A DNA stretch of 64,000 bases from Eledone cirrhosa (GCA_964016885.1 OZ024746.1:40300001-40364000), one strand, 5' to 3'; shown: positions 28,844 through 40,737, counted from the first letter of the stretch. The notes: generated from the sequence alone by a model not told the origin. Numbers and translations: made by a program.

Positions 28844-29071
28844 TCCTTTGTCAGTGTTGAACAAATGAGCAACGATGGTTGCTGGACACTGCAGCTTAAT
28901 ATGGGATGTTTGTTTACAAACACACCGAGCATTGTAATGAATGTTCGGTGAGTCCATACGTACATATATATATATGTGTGCATGTATGTATATATATATA
29001 TATACATACTACTGTATGTCTGTATACATATATGTATGTACGTGTACATACTTATATCTATATATATATAT

Positions 29072-30970
29072 GTTCTAATGATTCGGCGGAGGTCACGGAT
29101 TTGGTTGGGATCTATATAGCCCATAGACTCCAGAGCGAATTTACGGACCTCCACGGCGGAATATACCGCGACGATACACTTCTATTAGTCAAGAATATGA
29201 ACAAACAAAACCTAGAAAGGCGACGTAAAAACATTAGGAAACTTTTCTTAGAACTAGGGCTTAATATTACCTTTGAACACAATCTTAAGGTGGTCAACTT
29301 CTTGGATGTCACCTTCAACCTTAATAACGGTAATATAGAGCCATTTCACAAACTTAATGAAAATCTTAAGTACGTTAATGTAAAATCGAACCATCCTCAT
29401 TCCATTATTAAATCTATCCCTAAAAATATATCCATAAGGATCTCCCGACTGTCGTCTAATTTGCAGACCTTCAACGAGCATGCTGAATATTATAATGACG
29501 CACTTAGAAAAGCTGGTTACTGCGAGAAAATTGAATATCTAGACGATAACCACATAAGTACTATGAATAAAACACATCTAAGTCGAACTAGTATTGCACC
29601 ACACACACACATCAATAGGCATACTAATAGGTGCAAACCAGCAAATAGAGTCAGACGTAGAGAGTACATATGGTATAACCCCGTGTACAATTCTTCTATT
29701 AGCACTAAGATTATCTCACAATTCTATACACTAATCAATAAACACTTTACAACTTCACATAAATACTATAAAATCTTTAACTCGCGCACCATTAGACTCT
29801 CATACTCCACTGCACCTAACATAGAACAACTAATTAGAAAACTCAACTCAGCAATACTGAATAAGTACATCCCTAATGACTCAGCGCACCAGCATAGCAA
29901 CATACAACGCACTAACACGCAACCACAACCCCACCAAACTATCCAGGATTCTACTGCAAAACATAAAAATAATTGTAACTGCACCAAACCAGGTACGTGC
30001 CCACTGAATAACCAGTGCCTAGCACGCAATATTGTCTACCGATGTACAATAAATTCCGGAACCAACAAATGGTATTACGTCGGATGTACCGCAACTTCTT
30101 TCAAGGCTCACCTATACCAACATCGATCTTCGATCAGGCACGAGAAAATGCGCTCCGTAACAACCCTCGCCGATAAAGCCTGGCAGCTTCGAAGGAACAA
30201 TCAAGCGTTCTCCCTTGATTGGCAAATTATTGCAGCTGCGCCTGCATATCAGCAAAATCATCGATTCTGCAAGTTATGCAATTTAGAGATATACTGCATT
30301 TTAACGTCGGTAAACAAACTTTTGAACAGCAAAATTGAACGTTCTCTATACTGTAACCATCGTTTGAAAACGACTTTTTCTTTTTTTAAATGCATATGAT
30401 GTTACCTTTTACACCACCGTTTGCAAATTTCTGTCTTATATGTTTATACACAAGATATTGCTTTCTATAATAATAGTACTAAACACTGTTTTTCTGGACC
30501 CCTTTAGAAATAACCTGCTACTATAATAGCCCTAATAACTTGTCTGTGACACTGTACCACTTTGACCCCTTTAACTAAATTTTGTCCGAACACCACCACT
30601 AGAAGAATCTACTTCCCCGCCAACCTTAGCACGCCTCATTAAGCTAACTGCTGCCAAAACATTCTCTCCTCACAATCTCTACTAGTCTGACAGTCTTAAA
30701 TCCTAAGACTCCCTCCACCTTACTCACTTCCCTCTTCCCCTTCTCTTCCTACCTCCTTCTTTATCTTTTATCTAGTGTATAAAATATTTTCATATCATTC
30801 TAATACAAAGGTCTGAAGACATGGTGTGTTTGCTTACAGTGTACCTTCGGTTTATGATAATATTTGTATATTATTCAAATAGCGAGGTATAGGTAACCCA
30901 TACACTATAGAAACAATTGTTACCTAATAAATTCTATATATCCGCATTTCCATTTCGTAAACTTCTTCTC
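29072..30970 (+). mobile_element. 5'-truncated Penelope-like retroelement (RT C-terminal half plus GIY-YIG endonuclease, Naiad-like) with 3' pLTR
   Basis: Uninterrupted ORF to 30399 with SNDSAEVTDLVGIY, YRDD catalytic motif, FLDVTFNL, CNC-x5-CP linker, IVY...YYVG GIY-YIG and C-terminal CxxCxxE...CxH. The 3' UTR has a hammerhead and AATAAA. Both ends are flanked by (TA)n. Confidence 0.93.
30809..30925 (+). ncRNA. Type I hammerhead ribozyme with a long stem II in the Penelope pLTR
   Basis: AGGT-CTGAAGA-C-ATGGTGTG...TACACTAT-A-GAAAC-AATT-GTT|ACCT, followed by AATAAA. Confidence 0.75.
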
Positions 30971-31489
30971 TATATATATATATATATATAAAAGCGAGGA
31001 TGTGTGTGTGTGTGTCTGTGGACAACTTTGGACAGCTAAGGCTTTTATAATTCCCAACCGAATTTGACCAAATGTTCTGTGCATGTTGCACCTGTTGCTA
31101 AGATGGTCACATCACAAACATTTTTCAAATCAACCCATGTTGAGCAATAAAAAATCGATATCAAAATTATTTTTTCTAAAGTGCATGATGAGGTAAAGTA
31201 GAAATCAATCAAAACAAAATCCTTATGGGACATTCCATTCAAACTGTTGGGACCTACAACTTTTCAGCTGTAGCTTGCATATTTTTTTGTCACTTGCGAC
31301 AAAATTGTAGGTGTTTATTCTCTGCACTACAAGGCTCTTAAGCGAGCATCGATTTTCTTCTAAGTCACATCCCTGTGTCAGCAAACCCATAAAAACTAAA
31401 TCCTTATGGGATTTCCATTCAATTTACTTCCTAGCTGTATATTCTTAGCATAATTTCAAACCCCGGGCAACGCCGGGTAAATCTGCTAG
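30971..31489 (+). mobile_element. Non-autonomous Helitron-like element (5' end possibly at 28017)
   Basis: (TA)n-AAAG-(GT)n start, 3' GC-rich hairpin CCCGGGCAACGCCGGG, then CTAG|T terminus. Internal direct repeat AAATCCTTATGGGA. Confidence 0.7.
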
Positions 31490-32532
31490 TTATAGAATAA
31501 AACTGGAATGGAACAGATTTCAATAAGGACAATAGCAAAGTCAATATAATTGCTGGTTTAGTCTACTAGTCAACCCGCTGGTCATGAATTTAGTCTCAGT
31601 GTTAGTGTATTGATATATATTCTAGTTTAAGTGGAACAAACAAGTGACATCACAAGTAACTCATTAATATGAGGATACAGCAGACATGGACAACATAGTG
31701 AAAATAATTTACTCCTGTGGTTTAAATAGATAACAGGTTCAGTTTGTAATTCTAAGAACACTACCAAATATGACAAGCACCTAAAGAGAACTGGAGAGTG
31801 CTATGGTTGAAATGTAAAATGTAGTAATTATAACAACCAAGGTGAAGACACTATAATAATTGTTTCTACTTTTTGGCACAAGGCCAGCAATTACTCAGTA
31901 CATTACTGGTACTTTATTTTATCGACCCCGTAATAATGGTTTCTGATTTGTAGAGGAGGGGAGAGTTGATTAAAACAACCCCAGTGTTACCTGTACTTTA
32001 TTTTATCAACCCCATAAGGATGAAAGGCAAAGGTAATCTCAATGAGATTTGAACTCAGAATGTAAAGGGCCATAGCTATATGCAGCAAAGCATGTTGTCC
32101 AATGCTCTACCAATACTGCCAATAATAATAATTGTTTCTACTTTTAGCACAAGAGCAGCAATTACTAGTACTTTACTTTACCAACCACGTAAAGATGAAA
32201 GGCAAAGTTAACCTCGGCGGGATTTTACCAAAGAACGTAAAGGGCCGTAACTCTATGCTGCAAAGCATGGCGTCCGACCCTCTACTGATACTGCCAATCC
32301 ACTATATAATAATTCCTCATTTCAGAAATTCAGACAAAATTTATAACTAAATTCATTTGTTTAATTTGCTAAAATAAACTGTTAACCACCAATTCATTCC
32401 AGATGAGATAAATCTGTTTGGTCTACATTTTGAAAACATCCAAATATACAGACACTGATCACAAAAATAAAGTCGGTACATGGTTACATGTCATAAAGTT
32501 ATTGGTGTTATAAATGATTAACAAATGCTTAC

Positions 32533-32634
32533 TTTATATTTGACATAGAGATCTTCATTATCCAAAGCCAAGGGATCATAATGGGGAATGGATTGGGCAG
32601 TTCCAGGACGAGATTCACTCACTACAGACTCTTC
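32533..32634 (-). CDS. PSMC4: PSMC4 exon 2 (EESVVSESRPGTAQ...EDLYVKYK)
   Basis: TTGCAG acceptor, GTAAGC donor, 102 nt. EDLYxxYK motif. Confidence 0.92.
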
Positions 32635-33289
32635 CTGCAATAAAAATGGAATAACAGAAATACTTCAGTTGTAATTTTACAGTTTCATCTTTGACATGTA
32701 CAATGATTAAGTCACAAGAATGATAAACTAAAAAAAAAAAAAAAAGAAATGAACACTTGCAAATGTTTTATGTCTGAATACTGCTCACATCTTTACCTAC
32801 TTAACAACTATTACAAGGCATTCTTCTATGTGTAATATTTTCATTTTCTTAATAGCCTATATCTAGCAATACATAGGGAAAAAACCTTCATTAATGAGTT
32901 AATATGCAGCTAAGCCCTAAGCAATTATCAATTATTTATATGGTTCAGAAAACCTTCACAATCAAATACTAACAACAGGAGTGACCTACTTACTGATGTC
33001 ACTCAAGTCTTATAGTGTACACATTTCATTGACTGACCATTATTTAAAAATGCATTCATCCACTCTATTACTACAATCCAGTTATTTTTGATAGAGCCAG
33101 AAAAATTACTACCCACTTCTTGCAAATCTCAAACATTAATGGATCTAATAACTTGTCACTATTCCAATAAAATGTTAGATCTATGACTGTATTTAGTAAC
33201 TATATGTTGCACATGGCCTTCATGGTTTCATTACAAAATTGGGGTTTGCTATATCAGAGCCCTCCAAAAATATATCTAGATACCTAAAA

Positions 33290-34310
33290 GTAAACCTGGT
33301 AAAAACTTAAGTCTCAATAAGTATGAAGAAAGACAGGACTCTCCATCTGGGAAATGAGCTCATTTGATATTTTGAAAAGCAGTTCGCAGAAACTCCATAT
33401 GGTGCACATTGTGTAATCTATGAATGCACAAGAGATGTAGTGGAGTTACAGAAAAATTCAAGAAAAGATATACCTTATTTGCAACAGTTGTAAAGTAGAA
33501 ACAAGCATTAAGAGCACACTTGAAATAGATTCCCTTAACTCCTCAAGAGATATGTTAAAAGTTGTAGAGAACTTTTGTTATTTAGGTGAAGAAGGTTACT
33601 CTGAAAGTGTAGCAGCAAAATTAAGAATGGGATGTTAGAAGTTCAGGAAGCTTGTACCACTGCTAACAACTAAGGGCTTCTCTCTCAGAATGAAGGGTAG
33701 ACTGTATGGTGCTTGCATGTGGACTGCAATGTTACATGGCAAAAAACAAGAGTGGTACCAGCAGTAGGGAGGTCATCATATCTACTCACGTCAAAGAACT
33801 GAGAGAAATTAGGCATAAAAGGGGTGAAATGTAGTGTGTAGGGGAGGGGAATGTGGTGGTATGGAGGATGAGAGCTGTATAACAAGGTATAAGGTACTTG
33901 AAATTGACAGAAAATAAAAAAAAGGAAGACCTGGGAAAGCTTGGGATGAAGTGTTAAAAGCTGACCTTGCACAATTAAACCTCTCAAAGGAGATGACAAA
34001 GGATCAAGATCTCTGTGGTCTGCTATACTGCAGGAGACCCACCTTCCCATGTGCTGAGGACGAAATCTAACACATACTTGTACCCCCTCCTCACATTCCA
34101 CACTCCTGTCCTAACAAACCCATGCATCTGCTCTCCAACAATGTTGCTGCAAAAAAAAAAACCTCAATCAACACTGTATGGCGATCTTCTGCCACCTGTA
34201 TGGTGATAAGGTCGGTGCCACAACAACAAAAGAAACCAATCTACCCTGTAAGGTGGTTGTGCTAGTGAAACGAGAAAAAAAGCACCTAGTCCACCCTGTA
34301 AGGTTATATA
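33290..34310 (+). mobile_element. Decayed RTE LINE 3' fragment
   Basis: Frameshifted similarity to the RTE at 55.5-57.1 kb (VNL.KT..., FCYLG, KGFSLRMKGRLY). Confidence 0.75.
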
Positions 34311-35209
34311 GTTACATATATACAGAAACTAGGTAAATTTTGGTTTTTGATTTTCTGACTTCACTCATTATTAGTATACGAAAATTGGAAACAACAAAAT
34401 AAAGAACGAAACAACTAAGAGTAATTTTTGTTAATCGATTACTAAGGGGGTTTCATTGCCAAACACAACAAACATGTCTGTTCCTAGAGGAGGGGGTTAG
34501 CACACCTCCAATAATTAACGTGATATTTTCGTTTTTTAATTTTGAATCGTAAAGGTAAGGATATTGGATATGGGCATGTAGTTAGAATGTATCAGGAAAG
34601 AATCGCTGGACAGATTTTAAGGGTAAAACCAACAGGTAGGAGACCTACGGGTAGACTCCCGAGCAAGATGGTTGGATAACATCCATGAGCTTGTCTGGTC
34701 ATGATTGGGGATCCAGCTGGATCAGTTGGGGACAGTTGCTTCTGACAGTACCCGCTGGAGGGAGTGTTGAGGACTCTGCCCCCACACGACCCTCTCAGGA
34801 ATAAGTGGGTGAAGAAAAGAAGAAGAAATATAAAGAAATCCTATTTTAAATATGGCAAAATCCTTTTCATGGCGATTTGAACTTATAAACGTCAGCTATC
34901 AAATATATAAAAATAACCTAAACTGGCTTCCTGTCATTTGGTAGTGCATTAGCAATATAATAGCATGAAATTATTAAATTTCACCCCTAAAATATGTTCA
35001 TTGAGATATTTTTAAAACAGTATATATATACATAAGAATATTAATAAATGGAAAATATCTTTATAAAACCATATTTATTTTATTATACGTATTTCAAGGG
35101 TACTAATATTTAAGTACGCTTTCGTCATAAAATATATTTGGTGTTAAGATAGTGACATATCTTCATGTGAAGTTAATGGTATAAGTCATTGTTTATATAT
35201 ATATATATA

Positions 35210-37291
35210 TATCAAAATAAAGATCCGAAGGCATGGCGACACATGTTTCAATAAGAGATGGATCGATTGTGTAGCCATGATCGATTATCACTGATCTTGT
35301 CAGGTGAAAATGAATTGTCTTCAAATCCTTGAGGGAGAAAATTAACGGTGTTCACTCACAGAGTTTAGTCCCTCATATGAAGATCAAGCAGTCAAAACAC
35401 ACCGACTGCTATCGTCCTCAGTTAGGGTCATAAAACTATTAAGTCTCTATCTCCCAATAGTTGTAAAAGACGCTGGACATCAATCAAATCTGTAGAATTA
35501 CAGTCGGTCACAGTTAATGTGAGTGGGTACACACACAAATACACAGACGTGAGGTCAAAGAAAAAATATATACATATACCAACATAGCATCAAATCTGTA
35601 GAACTATAGACGGTCATAGTTAGTGTGAGTGAGTACACACACAGTCACACACACCGACGTGAGGGCAAAGAAAAAATATAAATATACCAACATAGTATTC
35701 ACCGAAAGTTAATTTACAGAACAACAAATGTTATATTGGTCAAATCCCAATTTGACGATGTAAATTGGAAAAATTGGGTCAGCCGCAACCCTATACACAT
35801 GCAAGTAAGTTCAGTTCAATGTTCTGCTATACATGTATAGATTGAATTGTAACATCCGTATCTTCAAATAGTGTATGTTATGGTATATACACATCCGTAT
35901 CATCCAAAAGAGTGTATGTTTTAGCACATACACATCCATGTGAAGAGCAAGTAGTCAGCTCATATCGAACTCAGTATGTGCCATTGTCCCATTGAGAATT
36001 TGAGTCCCCAAATCTGTGCTTGCAAGCAACCGCTATGTAGGCCACCAAGGGGCTCTGTGTAGGGTTGGGTATTTGGGTTAAGGTGTCAGTATGTGCAATT
36101 TCCCGTCATATGGGCCCTTGGGCTTTTAAGATAGGTGTTTGAGTGGTGGAGGTGTGTTATCCAACGCAAAAATAAAAATAAAAAATAACAAAGAATAGCA
36201 AAACCCAGAGGATGTGTGTAGGCCCATTAATGGTGTGTAAGTATTATTGTCCAATCTGCAACCGTCAGCACTCCATGGTCAGATAATCACGGATCAAAAC
36301 CTAGTGTAGTGTTCAATCGATAGGAACGTGACCAGTCATAAGTGTGGGAACTCAGCGTCTAAAGAAAACGGGTGCTGTGTGTAGAATTATGTATAGAGAG
36401 CGTAATCGGTCTTAACTGAGTGTGTAATACGTCTAGCAATATCCTAACCGGGAGAACTCAATGGTTAGGGTATCCTAAAGTAATGGTGAATGTGCATAAT
36501 TTATCTTACCTGAGTGTGTAATCATTCTAACTATTTACTAACAAAGTATTCTAATGTGCACTCAGCTGTGAGAACTCTGTGGAAACAGGTCGAGTACCGT
36601 TTGTAAGTGCGCAAACGATCTTAGCTGTCTAACTACCTGAGTGTGTGATTGTCTGTTTTTTGTTAATTGAGAGAACTCTATGGCTAAAGTAGATAGGGAG
36701 GAGTTAGTTGTAGGTTACTTTCAAAAAATCCTGCGGAAGGTTTTCGAGGTTCTATGCTGGCAGTTGCTGAAAAAATCTGCTCTCCTATTGATTAATAGGG
36801 GGCCGCCTCTAATAATATTAAAGGTTTCAGCTATACATAAATTACAGACGCCTGTGCTGCCGTTATATGGCTGGGCTGAGCAAACTATGGACCAGGATAA
36901 GGAGTGCTCTATATTCTGTTGTTTAAGCTTCCAGACTAATTCAGAAAGCGCCGTGCTATTTTTTTAATCTAATCTATTAAAGGTATGGCAGTGATTATAC
37001 CATCTATCCTTAAATTCAGTGGCAGTTGCCCCAACATACCTGAAGGTTCTATCTAAAGTGGCGACCTTACAGTCGTAGACTATGTTTTTGGTGAAGCATT
37101 TCCCAGCCATGGGGCAAGTGGCGGTGTTCCTGCAATTACATTTTCTGTTATCGACCTGGGTAGTTCCAGTGGAACCACGGTACCTTTGGGGTCGATCATG
37201 GCTGCACGATTGATCTATCTCTTATTGAAACATGTGTCATGATTAAAATGATTGGAAATTTATACCATGCCTTCGGATCTTTATTTTGATA
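35210..37291 (-). mobile_element. Second 5'-truncated Penelope-like element (GIY-YIG only) with an inverted partial pLTR
   Basis: Minus-strand frame ~37170-36721 reads CNCRNTATCPMAGKCFTKNIVYDC...YVGATATEFKDRWYNH...LSELVWKLK...CNLCIAE...CQH, with one internal TAA (36964-36966). 35210-35284 is repeated inverted at 37193-37291. Confidence 0.88.
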
Positions 37292-37581
37292 CAAATACTC
37301 CGTTTTACATCATCTAGCTGTTCCCATAAATGGAATTGGAGATATACAAAAGCGTGGAGAACTTAATATTACTAACAAAAATTTATTGGACCGTTTGACA
37401 CAACCAATAATACACCTTACTATATAACTATATATATATATAACGAAGGAGGTGTGGTAAGGAACCAGATGGACCATAACGTACCAGAGTACTCAATACT
37501 TAAGGTAGTAGAGTGGGTGATAGGAAAATGTACGACTCGCGACGGCAGAGCTCAAGCCGTCGAAACGGGGTCATACATTTT

Positions 37582-37639
<58 letters not shown>

Positions 37640-38842
37640 CATACATACATACATACACACACACACATATATATTCTCCGATCTTCCAAACTAGTTTTTT
37701 TCGTCGCAGCTAAAAGAAAAATATTTTCTTGAACTTCCGTAAACGCGCCAGTTGTTGCCAATCTGCAAATATATCTTTGAGAAACTCTACACAGAAATAT
37801 TGAACAAATTTCTATAAAAAGAAATTCGGTTTCAATCTTGGTCGTGTGTTTTCTTTGTCATTAACTAAATATGGAAAGCGAGATTATATCTATAATGGAC
37901 TATATCACGCACACGGAATTTATCGAAGTCGCACTTGCATGCAGGCAACAAGCGAGTCGAATTATTTGAGGTGGCTCCTTTCTCATACAATGATACATGA
38001 AATGAGTTTTAACTCATTAAATTTAGAAAGAGATAAGCGAGAAACTAAGTAGACAACGTGTAGGCCCTATACAGAAAACAATAAGTTCCCAGATAAAAAA
38101 AAAATGTGGTTGTGTTGGTATTAAAGAACGGAAGAAAACGTATTGTCTGATAATTATCAGACAGGTTGTAATCAATCGACGGACGTTGGACAACTCCAGC
38201 GTAATATTCTGGATCAACCGGAATAAACAATGGGAGAGAAAAAATGAAATGAAGTTTCAGTTCTCACTTATGTAGGTTGCATTTCATAAAATATTTCTTG
38301 GGTGTTTTAATGAGAGGGATCCTAATGCTACCATAAAAAACAACGTGAAATTAAGCGTCTCGCTGAAGAACACAACGCTCAGACGATTCAGGAATCGAAA
38401 CGTCGACTGTATGATGTTAAGTCTCAAACCTTTAACTGAACTGGTTTTTTTATATTAATCTTTTGATGATGAGATTTTATCACGAAATATAAGGACCTAT
38501 AAAGTACAGTTAGGTAACATCCCAATATCCTTGATATATTCATATTTACCACCCAATTCACATTGTGGTAGCTTTCAAACAAAACATTATTTTCTACATT
38601 TTACATAATGCTTCAAGTAAACTACAACGCCCTCATATTTATATATATATTAAATTAAATCTGCCTTCCTAACAAGTCATCTCTGACCGATCCTTTAAGC
38701 CCTTCACGGGCATACTCCCTCGATAATGGGTTTTTAAATTTGCTATGGTAAAATTTCATCGTTATCTTGGCACCTTTAATTTTCTAATGCATTGTATGGC
38801 TTTTAAAATTATTTAAATTTATACATATGTGTGTGTGTGTGT

Positions 38843-38902
<60 letters not shown>

Positions 38903-39388
38903 CTTTGACCCTTAAAAGTTGCTTGCAATAAGGCTGAGAATATCTTTAGAATAATGCTCATAATATTAATTTAAAAAAAAAAAAATAACCAGAAAATCTC
39001 GTTTCCTCAATTGATTGATATGGAGCTGCTACGACCACAGAGGATTGGTTAAGAATAAAAGTAAATATTAATTTGACGACACACTACTGTAATAAGATAG
39101 AGTATGTAAATAAATAATTATCTAAGTTAAAGAAGTGAGAATTTAACAAACTGTATTGTGGGAGGGAAATTAATGATTTACTCCATTCACTGTAGTATAA
39201 CTTAAAATTCGGCAGCTGACATGCTTATAATGGTGAGAATGACTTGCACAATTACACTATACCGATTATAGCGGTATTACATCAAAAACAAAAATGAAAA
39301 GCCTTTCACACGTTAGAAGGTGTTATAAATATGATATAGCAGACAAAATAATTGCATATAATGAGCTTGATAAAGACAAATTCTGTAC

Positions 39389-39421
39389 CTTTTCGACGAC
39401 AGCAAGACCTATGTCTTCCAT
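39389..39421 (-). CDS. PSMC4: 26S proteasome AAA-ATPase Rpt3 (PSMC4) exon 1 (MEDIGLAVVEK)
   Basis: ATG at 39421-39419, donor GTACAG. Resembles human MEEIGILVEK. Confidence 0.88.
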
Positions 39422-39435
39422 ATTTCGTTAGTAGA

Positions 39436-39466
39436 CGGAAGTACAGTCAAAATGACGTCACTTCCT
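39436..39466. promoter_or_regulatory. Putative bidirectional PSMC4/CLHC1 promoter core with an ETS site and an overlapping CRE-ETS motif
   Basis: CGGAAGT (39436-39442) and TGACGTCACTTCCT (39453-39466) lie directly upstream of the PSMC4 ATG. Confidence 0.55.
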
Positions 39467-39735
39467 GACAACTTCTATGTTTATACTGTGACTCTTCTGA
39501 GCAGGCTGCATTTTAAGTATTCTATATTTTATTCGATAAAGGTTTGTCTTGTTCTGTCTTTCAGAGCTGTATGAAATTACATTGTTTATAACTAGGGATT
39601 GGGGTGTCTCTCCAGATTAAGCATTTTAGTGCCTCTCAGTAAGGAATTCGTTAAAAATGGTGTATGTATATATATATATATATATATACTCAATGATATT
39701 AAATAAATGGAAACTATATTTATAAAACCATATTT

Positions 39736-39795
39736 ATTCTATTATATATATTTCAAGGGTACCAAAAACTTTGGTACGCTTTCATCGGATAAAAT
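39736..39795 (-). ncRNA. Decayed hammerhead of a dispersed TA-associated repeat (other copies 35077-35133 and 47121-47146)
   Basis: ATTTTAT-CCGATGA-AAGCGTACCA...TGGTACCCTT-GAAAT-ATAT-ATA|ATAGAAT. The 47.1-kb copy keeps CTGATGA. Confidence 0.65.
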
Positions 39796-39953
39796 ACAAA
39801 GTGTGTTTTATAAATTTTGGCATAGCCAAGGAACATACCTTAACAGTTGAAATTTTCCTTGGATAGTGGAAATCAGTTATAAACTTTTATATTTGTTGAA
39901 TTACCAACAAATTGAATATCCCTTCTGCTTATATATATACACACACACAGAGA

Positions 39954-40027
39954 GGGTGTCCTAAAGAATGTATACACATTTATTAAAATGCTGCTGAAGT
40001 GTGTATACATTTTTGGAGACACCCTGT
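39954..40027. mobile_element. Tiny Tc1/mariner-type MITE
   Basis: AGGGTGTCC..AATGTATACACA and TGTGTATACATT..GACACCCT inverted repeats embedded in TA/CA tracts. Confidence 0.55.
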
Positions 40028-40568
40028 GTGTATATGTATATATATATATATTTTTTTTTTTTGCAAGGTTTTTGATATGAAATCGTGTGTCGAAACAAAT
40101 ATTGTTATACTTGGGGAGGGTCATATTGTTGTAATAATTATTTCTACTTTTGGCACAAGGCCAGCAATTACCCAGTGTATTACTTCTACTTTATTTTATC
40201 GACCCCGTAAGGATGAAAGGCAAAGTTAACCTCGGCGGGATTTGAACTCAAAATATTGTTGTAATAATATTGCCAGAAATAATTGTTCCTACATTTGGCA
40301 CAAGGCCATCAATTATCTCAGTGCATTACTGGTACTTTATTTTATCGACCCCGTAAGGATGAAAGGCAAAGTCAACCTCGGCGGGATTTGAACTCAGATC
40401 GTAAAGGGACGTAACTATGCTGGAAAGCATGGTGTCTGACCCTCTACCGATACTACAGAAATAATAACTGAACACACTCACTGTTTGGTTGGTTTTCGCT
40501 TCTGTATCTTTTATATCTTCATAGTTAATTTATTTGGCAACCATTGACTGACCAACGGTTAAAAATAC

Positions 40569-40607
<39 letters not shown>

Positions 40608-40737
40608 AACAAAGTTCTTTCGTTGCACATCTGCAACATCATCAGTGGTACTATTATCATGTTTCCCCTACTGTATTGTATTGTAATGTCTACGCCATTT
40701 TTTATTAAAATACAATACAATAGGAGGGAACATGATA

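Larger units (their letters stand above)
28024..29057. repeat. ~420-bp hammerhead-containing tandem unit (non-LTR retrozyme-like), about 1.05 copies in one orientation then about 1.4 copies inverted
   Basis: ATAAACGGAAAAAATGAAA recurs at 28024 and 28446 (period 422). GCTTAATATG recurs at 28474 and 28894 (period 420). The inversion junction is near 28466. Confidence 0.85.

Noticed and set aside
28906-29071. N-terminal 55 aa of the 497-aa ORF
   Set aside because: Chance read-through of the repeat unit and TA tract. Penelope homology starts at about 29072.
30397-30510. Selenocysteine read-through of the Penelope TGA (some Naiad elements encode selenoproteins)
   Set aside because: The TGA lies after the complete endonuclease, there is no in-frame TGA at conserved Cys positions, and no convincing SECIS (AUGA...AA...GA) was seen.
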